Origin: Octopus vulgaris
Lineage: Eukaryota
DNA length: 64,000 nucleotides
NCBI GenBank assembly: GCA_951406725.2
Contig: OX597826.1
Coordinates: 5,208,001-5,272,000 of the forward strand
Reading direction: 5' to 3'
The notes under the pieces: generated by a model
Seen by the model: only the letters and a program-made list of their open reading frames with translations
What the model was told of the DNA's origin: nothing
Databases searched by the model: none
Shown here: piece by piece, positions 28,441 through 40,567 of the stretch
Layout of the letters: each line of letters begins with the position of its first letter
How positions within the stretch are numbered: position 1 is the stretch's first letter
Made by a program: the position numbers and the translations under genes

Positions 28441-28846
28441 GGCGTAGGAGTGGCTGTGTGGTAAGTAGCTTGCTTACGAACCACATGGTTCCGTGTTCAG
28501 TCCCACTGCGTAGCATCTTGGGCAAGTATCTTCTGCTATAGCCTCGGGCCCACCAAAGCCTTGTGAGTGGATTTGCCAGATGGAAAATGAAAGAAACCCG
28601 TCGTATATATGTATATGTATATGTATGTATGTGTGTGTATATATGTTTGTGTGTATGTGCTTGTCCCCCTCCCCCAATATCGCTTGACAACTGATGTTGG
28701 TGTGTTTACGTCCCCGTAACTAGCGGTTCGGCAAACAAGACTGATAGAATAAGTACTAGGCTTACACCGCCTTTAGTTCCTCGACTAAAGGCGGTGCTCC
28801 AGCATGGCCACAGTCAAATGACTGAAACATGTAAAAGAGTAGAAGA
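28441..28846 (+). mobile_element. SINE family A, full length
   Basis: ggcgtaggagtggctgtgtggtaag head, internal (TA)/(TG) tract and gactgaaac..aaaagag tail. Confidence 0.9.
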
Positions 28847-29769
28847 ACATTACCAAATATCAATGTTTAATCACTAGACTGCAACTACGTTCAAAATATT
28901 TACACGTACAACCTTAAATGTAATGGAAACGGCCACGGATAAACATGACGCTAATAGGTAAGGTTCATAATGAAGGACACCTGAATGAAGATTCCCAACG
29001 CTTGCCTATCAAAGAAATTTCAGAATCTAACAAAATAATGAAACATCCTGTCATGGCATGAAACATCAATGAAAGTGCTCTGGATGTTATTGATCACTCA
29101 TCGATTCTGTGATTACTCTAAAATATTCATGATTAATGATTTTTTTTTTGGAAAAGAATACTAAAAATCTATTCAGTGGTCCAAAAGGAAAAAAAAATTG
29201 AGCAACGTGAACAAAACACGTAAAGAAATTAAAAGAACATTTAGAAATAGACGAAGCAGGTAAGATGCAACACATACATCTGAAGTCAAATATCGAAAAC
29301 AAATAATATAATTTTTCTGAATCAGATGTAAACACAAACTGAGCCAGCAAATTAGTAGAAAACACTAACTATTCCAATAATTAACCTATATTTGGAATGT
29401 ATTTGATTAGAAAATAAATGAATGAAGGAATATCGACATAAGAAAACAAAATCATCAGGATGTATAATAAGCTATTCTAAATCTGATACGAAGAAGCTAC
29501 ATACAGATCTACAGACTTCACAAGATGTAACTCCTGGTTATATCGAAAGTGACATATCGTAGAGTCACTTCGTATCTCGAGTCTTACGACACACATTCAC
29601 CTGGCTGTTATGCAGACTACATACATGCACACAGACACACGCGCGCACACACACGCATATTTATGTATGTATATACGTGTAACAGCCGAGTGAATAGTTA
29701 AGAACGGTCTACTGTCTTCATTATATATTGGGTTAGCAAAAAGTAATTTTGTTTTTTAGTGTGAAATAA

Positions 29770-29931
29770 AAAATAATTTTACATCATTTATATTATTTAC
29801 ATTTGCCGGATATTTGTCCTCATCTTGTTTGTTGTTAACAAAACAGTTCGGATGATATACCCTCCAGCCTTCAGCAGGTGACTTAGGGAAATTTCCCACC
29901 TGGGTTCTCATTCCTAAACCATTTTTCGATG

Positions 29932-29932
<1 letters not shown>
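29770..29932 (-). mobile_element. short repeat with a degenerate hammerhead-like motif beside (AAT)n (Penelope-type terminal repeat)
   Basis: Minus strand reads cac CTGCTGA A GGCTG gagggtatat CATCC GAAC; the core is decayed. Confidence 0.4.
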
Positions 29933-30025
<93 letters not shown>

Positions 30026-30068
30026 CATCATTATTATCATTATCACCTTCATCATTATTATTATTATT

Positions 30069-30140
30069 GAGTGAGAGAGCAGTGCATGCCATCAAAGTGA
30101 CACTTTGATATACGTAGCCCACTATATCCATCATGACTAC
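30069..30140 (-). mobile_element. terminal fragment of the ~550-bp (AAT)n-inserted repeat
   Basis: gagtgagagagcagtgcatgccatcaaagtgaca matches 4006 and 14218. Confidence 0.8.
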
Positions 30141-30553
30141 GTTAGCACGCCGTGTGAAATACTTAGCGGGATGCCATTTGGCTTTATGTTCTGAGTTCAA
30201 ATTCCGCTGCAGTCGACTCTGCCTTTCATGCTTTCGGGCTGGATAAATTAAGTACCATTTGGTCACTGGGATCGATTTAATTGGCTGTCCCCCTCCCCGC
30301 AAATTTCGGGCCTTGTGCCTAGAGTAAAAAATATATTTCCACGATTTAAAGGCGGTGATCTGGCAGAATCGCTAGCACGAAAGTTAAAGTGCGTAGCATT
30401 TCGTCTGCCGTTACGTCCTGAGTTCAAATTCCACCGAGGTCCACTTTGCCTTTCATCCTTTTGGTGTCGATAAAATAAGTACTAGTTGAGCAATGTAATT
30501 GACTTATCCCCCACCCCCAAAAAGCTGCTGGCCTTGTACTAAAATTTGAAAGC
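30141..30553 (+). mobile_element. two tandem SINE family B copies (30141-30326, 30350-30553)
   Basis: Repeated ctgagttcaaattcc...gcctttcat...gataaa...agtac...ggccttgt blocks. Confidence 0.8.
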
Positions 30554-31020
30554 AATATTTCCAATATCACTTTCAATACCTCTACGATGGTTGTGCAGCT
30601 TTCCAGGGCGATAGCCACTCTGTTTCTCTGCTGAGTTACGCTCGACAATTTTCCTATATCACATTTTCAGACACTTAGATTCTGCTGGGGGTGTCTTAAA
30701 AATATATATTCCTCTATATTTAGAGCACTCTCATTTTGCCTCTTATTTAATATCTTAGGATTATCATTCCAGATTGCATTATGCCATTGAATAGTAACAC
30801 ACCAAGATAAGTTACATTAACGGGGCAAAAAACATAAACGCACCAAATGAGCAATGTTAACAATAAATATATAAACTCCACCGAATGCTGAGAAAATGTA
30901 GATTATCGGCCAGCAATAATAATAATAATAATAATAATGACTATGATGATGATGATAATGACTATGATGATGATGATAATGATGATGATGATAATAATAA
31001 TAATAATATTAATAATGATG

Positions 31021-31117
<97 letters not shown>

Positions 31118-31640
31118 TGATAATGTAATAATTCAAGTTGCTTTGTTGTACATTTCTAATTTCAGCCGCATCCGCAGCGTTTCCCTCAGATCTGATTTGA
31201 GACAGAAATAAATTATAAATCTCTCTCTAAAAACAAGATTTTAAAAAAAAACAAGAGAAAAGATGATTTAAGTCGCATCAATAAATGTCTAAAAGATAAC
31301 AATACATTTCACAGTTAAATATTTTATTAAAAGAGAGAGACCAACAGAGAGAGAAGGAAAGAGAGAGAGAGAAAGAGAGAGAGAGAGAGTGAGAGAGAGC
31401 GAGAGAGAAATAGAGTAAGAGAAATGGAGGAGAGGGAGAGAAGGACAGAGAAATACATTGTGCGTGAGTAACGGAATGAGTGACAGAAGAGTGACAGATT
31501 GAGGGCGGGGGTAATCGATGACATGATGACCAGTTTCCCGAAAATGGTGAGTGATTTTTGCTGTAGAGAAGACCTGTATAGAGTACAGGAAATATATAGG
31601 AAGTATAAGAATGTATTTGCAGTGTGTGTGTGTGTGTGTA

Positions 31641-31801
31641 TAAAATACAAAATGGGACAAGAAAGCTAAACATCCGGACAACTAAGTGTTACAAAAAGGG
31701 ACAACAAAACATCCAGATAGACGATACAAAAAACAAGGACGGGTCATTCGAAGCTTTCTATCCTCAGTCAAGAACCGGATCATCATTACAATTTCGGCTG
31801 G
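31641..31801. mobile_element. unclassified repeat inserted in (GT)n, second copy at 49665-49920
   Basis: Shares aaaatacaaaa...gacaagaa...aaacatccagatagacgatacaa...tcattcg...caatttcgg.tgg with the second copy. Confidence 0.7.
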
Positions 31802-31827
31802 TGTGTGTGTGTGAGAGTGTGTGTGTG

Positions 31828-32067
31828 GAGGCGCGTGGCTTAGTGGTTAGGTTGTCAGCATCATGATCGTAAGATTGTGGTTTCGATTCCTGGACCGAGC
31901 GACGCGTTGTTTTCTTTAGCAAAACACTTCATTTCACGTTGCTCCAGTCCACTCAGCTGGCAAAAATGAGTAACGCTACGATGGACTGGCGTCCCGTCCA
32001 GCTGGGGAACACATACGCCATAGAAACCTGGAAACGGGGCCCATGAGCCTGGCTAGACTTGAAAAGG

Positions 32068-32070
<3 letters not shown>
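31828..32070 (+). mobile_element. SINE family C (tRNA head), tail type 1
   Basis: A-box tggcttagtgg and B-box-like gtttcgattcc. The body acacttcatttcacgttgctccagtccactcagctg is shared with 37578 and 61227. Confidence 0.8.
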
Positions 32071-32135
<65 letters not shown>

Positions 32136-32149
32136 GCACACGCTGTAGT

Positions 32150-32503
32150 GGACGCGCAATGTCCCAGTGGTTAGGGCAGAGGACTCGCGGTTTCGATTCC
32201 CAGATCTAACGTTGAGAGTTTCTTGAGCGAAAAAAACCTAATGCTCCACGTGGCCCTGGCAAGGGTATGTGGCTTTACGCTTCAATACCACTTTCTTTCA
32301 CACTTTCTTCCTGTTTCCGACGTACAAGTATTTCAAAGGGCCAGCCTTGTCACACTCTGTGTCACGCTGAATCTCCCCGCGAACTACGTTAAGGGTACAC
32401 GTGTCTGTGGCGTGCTCAGCCACTTGGAAGGTAATTTCCCGAACTGACTGCTCCATTGACCGGATCAACTGGAACCCTCGTCGTCGGAACCGACGGGTAG
32501 CCA
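32150..32503 (+). mobile_element. tRNA-derived SINE with tail type 3
   Basis: cccagtggttagg...ggtttcgattccc head. The 3' half gtatttcaaagggccagccttgtcacactctgtgtca...ctcgtcgtcg is shared with 61227-61538. Confidence 0.75.
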
Positions 32504-32569
32504 TGACACGCGCATACATACGTACATGCACATATATGAATTCATGTTTGTATATATATATCTGTATAC

Positions 32570-32661
<92 letters not shown>

Positions 32662-32715
32662 GTATGTATGTATATGTGTGTGTGCGTCTTGTGTGCGTAC
32701 GTATGTATGTATGTA

Positions 32716-32761
<46 letters not shown>

Positions 32762-33059
32762 GTATGTACGTATGAGGTGCATTGCGTTTCATTTATTGGT
32801 GTCTATGTGAAAGCGTATGACTATGAAAGTTTGCTTTTGTGTCTGTTTGCGAATTAATTTTCAGTGTCTGTCATTGACATTGTTCTGGAAGCTATCTGTG
32901 GGTATTCATATTAAAAACTTCAAATGAGCAGTGAAACGAGATTTAGTGTTCCTGTTGAAGATAAATTTATAATGTGCGCTGGTTTATAACTAACAAAGAA
33001 TTATAAACGTACGTAAGTGTGTGGGTAGATGCGTGGATTTGAAAAGCAGAACGATGGGT

Positions 33060-33153
33060 AGAGGGAGAGAGGGAGGGAGAGAGAGAAAGAGAGATAGAAG
33101 GATAGATAGAGGGAAGCAGAGAAAATGACAGTGTCAGAGACACATTGGAATGC

Positions 33154-33184
<31 letters not shown>

Positions 33185-33412
33185 GAGAAAGAGAGAATGA
33201 GGGAGAGAGAGAGAGACAGAGAGACAGAAAATAGGTGTGAAAGAGGTAAAGATAAACCGAGGGAAACAGAGAGAGAATGACAGTCACAGGCATAGAGTGA
33301 TGGGCAGAGAGACAGAGAGAAATGGGGAGAAAGACAGAAAGATGAGAGAAAGTGAGAAAGACAGAAAGGAAATGTAAGACAGAAAAAGGAAAAAAAGCAA
33401 TGAGAGATAGAC

Positions 33413-33447
<35 letters not shown>

Positions 33448-33642
33448 GAGATGAAGAAAGGGAGAGAGAGAGAGAGAAGAAGAAGAAGAATACAGTAAGA
33501 TATAGAGCGAGTTAGACGGGGAGAAAGAAATTGAAACAAAGCGAGACACAGACCGAAAGTGTCAGAGAGAAAGTGAGGGAGAAAAGAAAAAAAAGAAAGA
33601 GCAAACAATAGAAAGAAAGAAAGAGATAAAGAGAGAGAGAAG
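33060..33642. repeat. degenerate (AG)n polypurine tract
   Basis: About 580 bp, overwhelmingly A/G on the + strand. Confidence 0.9.
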
Positions 33643-34254
33643 AACACTGAATTATCACGATACAGGTGATCGGCATTAAATTTTTTTTTTAAATCACTTA
33701 AAAATTATATTTGACAAACTAACAAATATAAAAATAAAAACATTTTGAATAGATTTATGAAAAGATATAACATTTTCGAACATTATATTTTATGATGCAA
33801 AAAGTTTAATGGAAAACCGTAAAAATAAAATTCATTTGACACAATATAATAATTTTCATATTTTTATATAACCATAAAGAACAAAAAACAATTATCTTCT
33901 CTGAAATATTTTAATCGAAGCAAGTTTATTACTTAAACTTGATAAGTAATCACAGGTAGTTCATTATGTCACCTGTGCGACATGTTATATTGATGCAGTG
34001 CATCAATGCCATTACCTCCGTTGCTGAATACTAACTAAAATGCGCCACTGATAACGCCACTATCAAAGCTTCACGCTGAAGTTGAGGCTGATAAAGTGTC
34101 GAAAAGTTAATGGATTTGCCTTTGTTATTATTCCGAATTAATCGCAAAAGACATAAGTGGTAACTTCAATAAAGCCAAAATATATGGTCCCAGAATGAGA
34201 GGGAATCTATATATATGGTTTAATCTTTGACTTCTGGCCGGAATCAGATCGCCA

Positions 34255-34460
34255 TGTTGATTCGCTAGCTTCTGCACGCATTTTTTTTCTTCCTTGTTTC
34301 TCTCCGTGTTTCTTTTCTGTGTATCTTTCTGTTGAAGAGCGTAGGCTCGAAACGTAAAAGACTTGTTTTATTTATATTCCTGAGAGCCACACTAATACAA
34401 TTGTTTGTTTGTATTCCACCTGCCTTCGTCTTTTGTTTATTTTCATAAAGCTTCCCGTTA
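34255..34460 (+). mobile_element. ~200-bp repeat with hammerhead-like motif (U6 family), ending at (TA)n
   Basis: tcttt CTGTTGA A GAG cgtagg CTC GAAA CG TA aaaga at 34324-34361. A second copy is reversed at 53570-53760. Confidence 0.7.
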
Positions 34461-34784
34461 TATATATATATGAGGGGGTGAGGCACACATACGCACCCGT
34501 TCATCACTCAGATTAACATGTAGCTGGATTATATACCTGTCTTTTCTAAATTTTTCTGCCGGTCAATATCATTATAGTATTGTCTTAAACTTTATTATTT
34601 CGTTTGTAAATTTTATTGAGAGCTCTTCAAAAAGTTCCATAAGAGGAATACTTTATTTTACATTTTTATTTACGTATGCGAATCGAAAGTTTTGTGGTAT
34701 TTGCATACGCGCTAGTTTGCGGTATATATATCATGTGAGAGAAGCAGTTGAACTGCTTCTGTCACAGGATATATGTGCCGCAAG

Positions 34785-34998
34785 CGTTAGCACGCCGGGC
34801 GAAAGGCTTAGTGGTATTTCGTCTGCCGTTACGTTCTGCGTTCAAATTCCGCCGAAGTCGACTTTGCTTTTCATCCTTTCGTGGCCGATAAATTAAGTAC
34901 CAGTTACGCACTGGGGTCGATATAATCGACTTAATCCCTCTGTCTGTTCTTGTTTGTCCCCTCCATGTCTAATCACTTGTGGGCAATTATGAAATAAG
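34785..34998 (+). mobile_element. SINE family B, well preserved
   Basis: cgttagcacgccgggcgaaa...gttcaaattccgccgaagtcgactttgcttttcatcctttcg...gaaataag. Confidence 0.85.
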
Positions 34999-35224
34999 AA
35001 GCAGTTCAACTCTGGACCTTAACAACTGAAATGGGTAGTATCGTGGTAGTTGGTGCGCTGATGTGTTATGCAATGTTTTACTCCGTAGGTCATTTCAAAG
35101 CCGCACAGGCAAGTGTTCAAAGTAAGCAAAAAGCTTTGTCGTGTGATATGTGAAGTAAAAAACACAGTAAAAAACACAATAAAAAACACAAAAACAAAAC
35201 AAAAAACATATGTTTCAAGAAGAA

Positions 35225-36100
35225 CCTCGTGGATCAAGTAAGGTTGTGTAGACCTTAGAACTTTGGATTCCGAAGCTATATTCCAAGTCATAGAGGTAAA
35301 TCAGGCGAGAAGCATTTAGAGTATGTAGCAAACTGGGTATCTGACAGTCTAGTGTGGTTCGTCACCTTCACGACCTCGGCAAAACCATCTGAATCCTGCC
35401 TCACAATTTGACCCCGGTTTAAGCAAAGAGGCGAGTGAAAATCCCGCGTGATCTGCGTTTCGTCGAAAGGATAATAACGCGTGATGAATATTGGATATTT
35501 TCCCGCAATGCCAACGGGCCTAAGGGGCGGTTATTTGAAAGCCAGCTTTCGGAACCTCACCCCAAACATGAGCGTTACGAACACAAGGTGCGTCTGGTCG
35601 AATTATTTGGGAATAATATTCACTACGGGTTCGTTCCTGACGATGGAATCATCGGTGCCAGCCAGTACTCCGAACAACTGCAGCAGACGTATGCCAATCT
35701 ATGGCAAAACTACTCAGCGTTCATTAATAGAAAGCAAACTCTTCTACAGCAAGACACTGTTAGACATCATACCGCTCGAACGACCCAGGATAAATTCCAG
35801 GAGCTTGATGGAATCGAACTGATGCCACACCCAGCTTATAGTCCGGAACTAGTTCTCTCAGATTATTACAAGATTCGATCTATGGCTCTCATCTTCATCT
35901 CGGGACGCTTCACGCAAATATAAAAGAGTTCTTCGGCTCGAAGGACAAGAACTGGTACCAGAGTGGGATCAAAAACCTGCCAGTAAAGTGGCTTCATTCA
36001 TTGCAACATTCTCCTTTCACTGTTAGGCTATTTTTCTTATATATTGGAGAATAATCCAAATAAGTCACCCAAGTAATGCAAACGTTTTGACTCAGTCTAT
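35225..36100 (+). pseudogene. mariner-family transposase remnant
   Basis: HTH-like VVRHLHDLGK, then RIITRDEYWIF, LLQQDTVRHHTARTT and HPAYSPELVLSDYY. These are decayed TGDEKW, HDNARPH and YSPDLAPSD motifs. Confidence 0.9.
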
Positions 36101-36157
36101 TTATATGTATGAGCATATTCATGCGTACATACATACATACATACATACATACATACA

Positions 36158-36230
<73 letters not shown>

Positions 36231-36372
36231 TGCAGCATAGCCGCAGTCAAATGACTGAAACAAGTAAGAGAGTAAAGGAGTAAAAGAGTATATCTCTGTG
36301 CGTATGTGAGAGTGTATACACATGCTTGCTTATATATATACACACTCATACACACGCACATATACATGTGTA

Positions 36373-36423
<51 letters not shown>

Positions 36424-36576
36424 AGGGGAGTGTGTATGTTTGCGTGCAGATTTAAATGAATATACACACATTCATACACACACGCATATATATGTATGTA
36501 TATATATATGTAGACGCAGACCAACGGAAATAACACTTCTTCACTCTCAGATATAAATGCGCGCACACACACACAC

Positions 36577-36612
<36 letters not shown>

Positions 36613-36814
36613 ACATATTTTCTCTCTGTCTCACTTCCTCCTCACCCACTACTACGAAACTATAAAAAGGTTCAAACTACCCACAACTGATTTGATTTGA
36701 AAACCCACTAGAATGGGAGCAAGCGCTAATCCGAATGATATGATATATATGTAAAAAATGTAATATATAAATAAATATCTACAAATATGAACCATCTGAT
36801 CTGATTACCTCAAT

Positions 36815-36854
<40 letters not shown>

Positions 36855-36891
36855 CATACATATGCACACACATACATATAAGATGTATGTA

Positions 36892-37359
36892 CAGGGTGCG
36901 GTGACTAAACTGTCGTCTAACTTACGCAAAAACGAAAATAACCCTCTTGATCCACGACAGCACTACTCCCTCCAGGCACTTGTAGGGTTCTGTGTTGAGT
37001 CTGATGCCGTTTGGGAAAACTAATGGAAGCATAACGTCGCCAATCACTAATAAACACTCCAATCACCATGATGTTGACTGCATGTTTGATTTTTATCCCT
37101 CTCAGTACTTTCACTTTCTTCAGATTGACACCCGAACACTCTGAAATGTTTGTATTGGAGCTTCCGGCGCGAATGCCATTCAGTAGAGCATGTCGTTTCC
37201 GAATTTTTGGCAGAGTGTATTGCGTGATGGTGCTGAATTTCTCACAGAAGGTACCCAACTGACCCTACTATATTGTGTCGTCGACAAGATCAAAAGGAAA
37301 CAATGCGCGTGCGCGAAATTAAAATGATAAAATGGTGACAATTTGCCCATCACACCCTG
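36892..37359 (-). mobile_element. internally deleted Tc1/mariner-superfamily element with TIRs
   Basis: TA-cagggtg ... caccctg-TA termini. A minus frame contains KHAVNIMVIGVFISD, resembling the KHP..VMV.G transposase motif. Confidence 0.75.
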
Positions 37360-37492
37360 TATGTACGGATATAACCGTACATGCAAATTTATTATTTGCA
37401 TAAGTGAATACATGCACACATACATACATACATGCATACACATACATGCATACACATACATACATACATATATACATGCATATATACATACT

Positions 37493-37555
<63 letters not shown>

Positions 37556-37577
37556 ACATATATACACATACAAATAT

Positions 37578-37907
37578 ATGGCTCAGTGGTTAGAGCGTCG
37601 AGCTTACGATCGTGAGGTTGTGAGCTCGAATCCCGGACCGGGCTGCGTGTTGTGTTCTTGAGCAAGACACTTTATTTCACGTTGCTCCAGTTCACTCAGC
37701 TGTAGAAATGAGTTGCGACGTCACAGGTGCCAAGCTGCATCGACCTTTGTCTTTCCCTTGGATAACACTGGTGGCGTGGAGAGGGGAGGCCGGTATGCAT
37801 GGGCGACTACTGGTGTTCCATAAAAACAACCTTGCCCAGACTTGTGCCTGAGAGGGTAACTCTCTAGGTGGAAACCCATGGTCACTCATGACCGAAGGGG
37901 GTCTTTA
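37578..37907 (+). mobile_element. SINE family C, tail type 2
   Basis: tggctcagtggttagagcg...gagctcgaatcccgg head, cttgagcaagacacttt core and a distinct 3' tail. Confidence 0.85.
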
Positions 37908-37914
37908 TATTTTT

Positions 37915-37970
<56 letters not shown>

Positions 37971-38335
37971 TATGTGTGTGTGCGTGTATACATGCACGTA
38001 TAGAAATGTCTAAGCATTATCAGAGACTAAGACATTGCTACGAAGATATGGAAATATTGAAAGATCAATAGACAGATAAATGAAAATATTGCGTTCATCT
38101 AGCCACAACACAATTACTATATTTGCTGGGAGAGACAGCCGGGAGCGCTAGAGAAATCTAGAGAGTAGGAGTTTAAAACGTATTCACAATAGTTACAGAA
38201 AAAAAAAACTATTATAAAAATAAAACGCAAGAATTTTTCTTGCTTCAGCTTCCTCTCTTTCTTCCACTCATTCATTTCTCTTTTCATTTTCCTCGCTTTT
38301 TTTCCGATCCCTCCTCTCTCTTTCTGCCTGCTGTT

Positions 38336-38386
<51 letters not shown>

Positions 38387-38749
38387 CTCTTCAATCTCTC
38401 CAGTTTAGTTTCTAAGTAAAATTGTAGAATTGTATTTCTGAAGTAAGATCGTATCGTGCACCGATGCTCTCAGCGATTTTCAAATTCGTTTGTTGAGATT
38501 ACTATAATGCTAAACCACACAACATTGCCTTATTTTAGAATAAGCTTTTTCGGCCATCATGCTTGAGCAAGCAAAGTATATATATAGACATTTATGATGA
38601 TTTGCACGTGAGCTTAGTGGAAAAAACATTGATGGAGCAGTAAATCTGCTGAACGTTGAAAACAACAGGCAGAGGATGCGGTGGCGTGGATAAATACAAA
38701 ACATTAAATAAAGAAACCGTGATTGACGTAGCCGTGTTAATAATAGAGC

Positions 38750-39550
38750 TGGTGTTGTTGTTGCTGTTTCTGTTAGTGCTGCTGCTGCTGCTACTTCTGC
38801 TGCTGCTACTTCTGCTGCTGCCACTTCTGCTGGGCCTGATTCTGGTGATTCTGGTGATGATGATAGGTGGTTGATTGTGACGGTTATGGTGAATGGGTTT
38901 TTGGTGGTGGCGTTTGTAGTGATGGTGATGGTGGTGGTGTTTAGTGGCGGAGGCGTTTGTGGCGATGGTATTTTTGGGATGGCGGCAGTGGTTGTGGCGG
39001 TATTGGTGTTTGGTGGTGATTGTGGTGGTATTGGTGTTTGGTGGTGATTGTGGTATAGGTAGTAGTTGCTGGTGGTGCTGGTTGTGGTGGTGGTAGTAGC
39101 GTTTGGTGTTAGTGGTGGTATTTGTATTCGGTAGTGATGGAGTTCGTACTGGTGGTATCTGATGATGGTGGCCGTGTTCCTGGGATGATGGTAGTATTTG
39201 TGGTGGTGGTGGTGGCATTTGTGTTGGTGGTAATGGTGATGTTAGCTTTCATGGTATTGGTGGTGCTTGCATTGGTGTTCTCAGTGGTGATGGTGGTGTT
39301 GCTGATGCTGGATTTCGTGGTACTGGGGCTGCTTGGTGGTGATGTTCGTGGTGGGGTTTGTAGTGATGGTTATATATTGATGATTATAAGCATCGGGTCT
39401 ATTCATATGTTTTAAGTGGACTCAGAAACTGTAGAAGGGATGCTGGTCTACGAGATGTGAAAAGTGAAATGTAAAAGGTGATAGTGATGATGACGGTGGT
39501 GGTGATGTTGATGAGGATGATGATGAGGAGGAGGACGACGGTGACGGTCT
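38750..39550. repeat. degenerate (GGT)n/(GCT)n/(GAT)n low-complexity tract
   Basis: Direct reading. Confidence 0.85.
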
Positions 39551-40120
39551 TGTGTGTGCGCGCACGCACGTATGATGGCTGCATCACTATAGAGGTGATG
39601 CTATTTGGATGTCATATTTATGGTCTACTGACAGGTTGGCGGTGACTGCTGCTGGTTGATGTTTAATATATTAAGTGCCAACACCAATGGTGGTGGCCGG
39701 GGTGGTGCTGTCTGTGATAACCTTTGTGATGTGGAGGTCTAAAGGTGATTTTTGCAGTCGGTTTAGGCTTCGATTTGGTTCTGTTCGTCAATATGTTAAT
39801 TACAAGTGTTAACTGCGTAGATCTAGGTCAGCCACGATTGGACGATTAAATGATCAAAGACAGTCAAACCATGACCATCTCCGACCATTTTGAAGATCTA
39901 CTATATCTAATGCGATATTCGATTATTAATTCGGTTTTGTTGCGATTTCTGTGAATTGCTCTGCTTTTTCTCCTGCTCCAACGGTCATGTGACTCATTCA
40001 TTGGCTGTTTCAAATAAGGTTCCTGTGTTTTTAGTCATCATCGTCGTCATCGTCGATATCGTTGTTGCATAAAATCAGATCAGCCATAGTTGAGCAGTTA
40101 TATGACTGGCGGGCACTATC

Positions 40121-40311
40121 TCTTTTACTTGTTTCAGTCATTTGACTGTTGGCCATGCTGGAGCACCGCCTTTAATCGAGCAAATCAACCCCAGGACTTA
40201 TTCTATCGGTCTCTTTTGCCGAACCGCTAATTTACGGGGACGTGAACACACCAGCATCGGTTGTCAAGCGATGTTCGGGGGGCAAACACAGACACACACG
40301 CACACACACAC

Positions 40312-40364
<53 letters not shown>

Positions 40365-40567
40365 GACAGACACACACACATACACACACACACATATATA
40401 TACGACGGGCTCTTTTCAGTTTCCGTCTACCAAATCCACTCACAAGGCTTTGGTCGGCTCGAGGCTATAGTAGAAGACTCCAGCCCAAGGTGCCAGGCAG
40501 TGGGACTTGAACCCGCAACCATGCGGTTCGTAAACAAGCTACTTACCACACAGCCACTCCTACGCCT
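40121..40567 (-). mobile_element. SINE family A, full length, with internal (CA)n
   Basis: Reverse complement matches 28441-28846. Confidence 0.9.

Noticed and set aside
31745-31775. CTGAGGA-TA-GAAA minizyme-like motif (also CTGAAGA-TA-GAAA near 49770-49795, minus strand)
   Set aside because: There is no stem II and I could not build a consistent stem I or cleavage site in both copies. Left as an unclassified repeat.
37578-37650. tRNA-like sequence
   Set aside because: It has A/B boxes but continues into a SINE body without a paired acceptor stem, so it is a SINE head. The same applies at 31828, 32150 and 61227.
38592-39218. 208-aa His/Thr/Pro-rich ORF
   Set aside because: It derives from a degenerate (ACC)n tract, with no splice or domain evidence.
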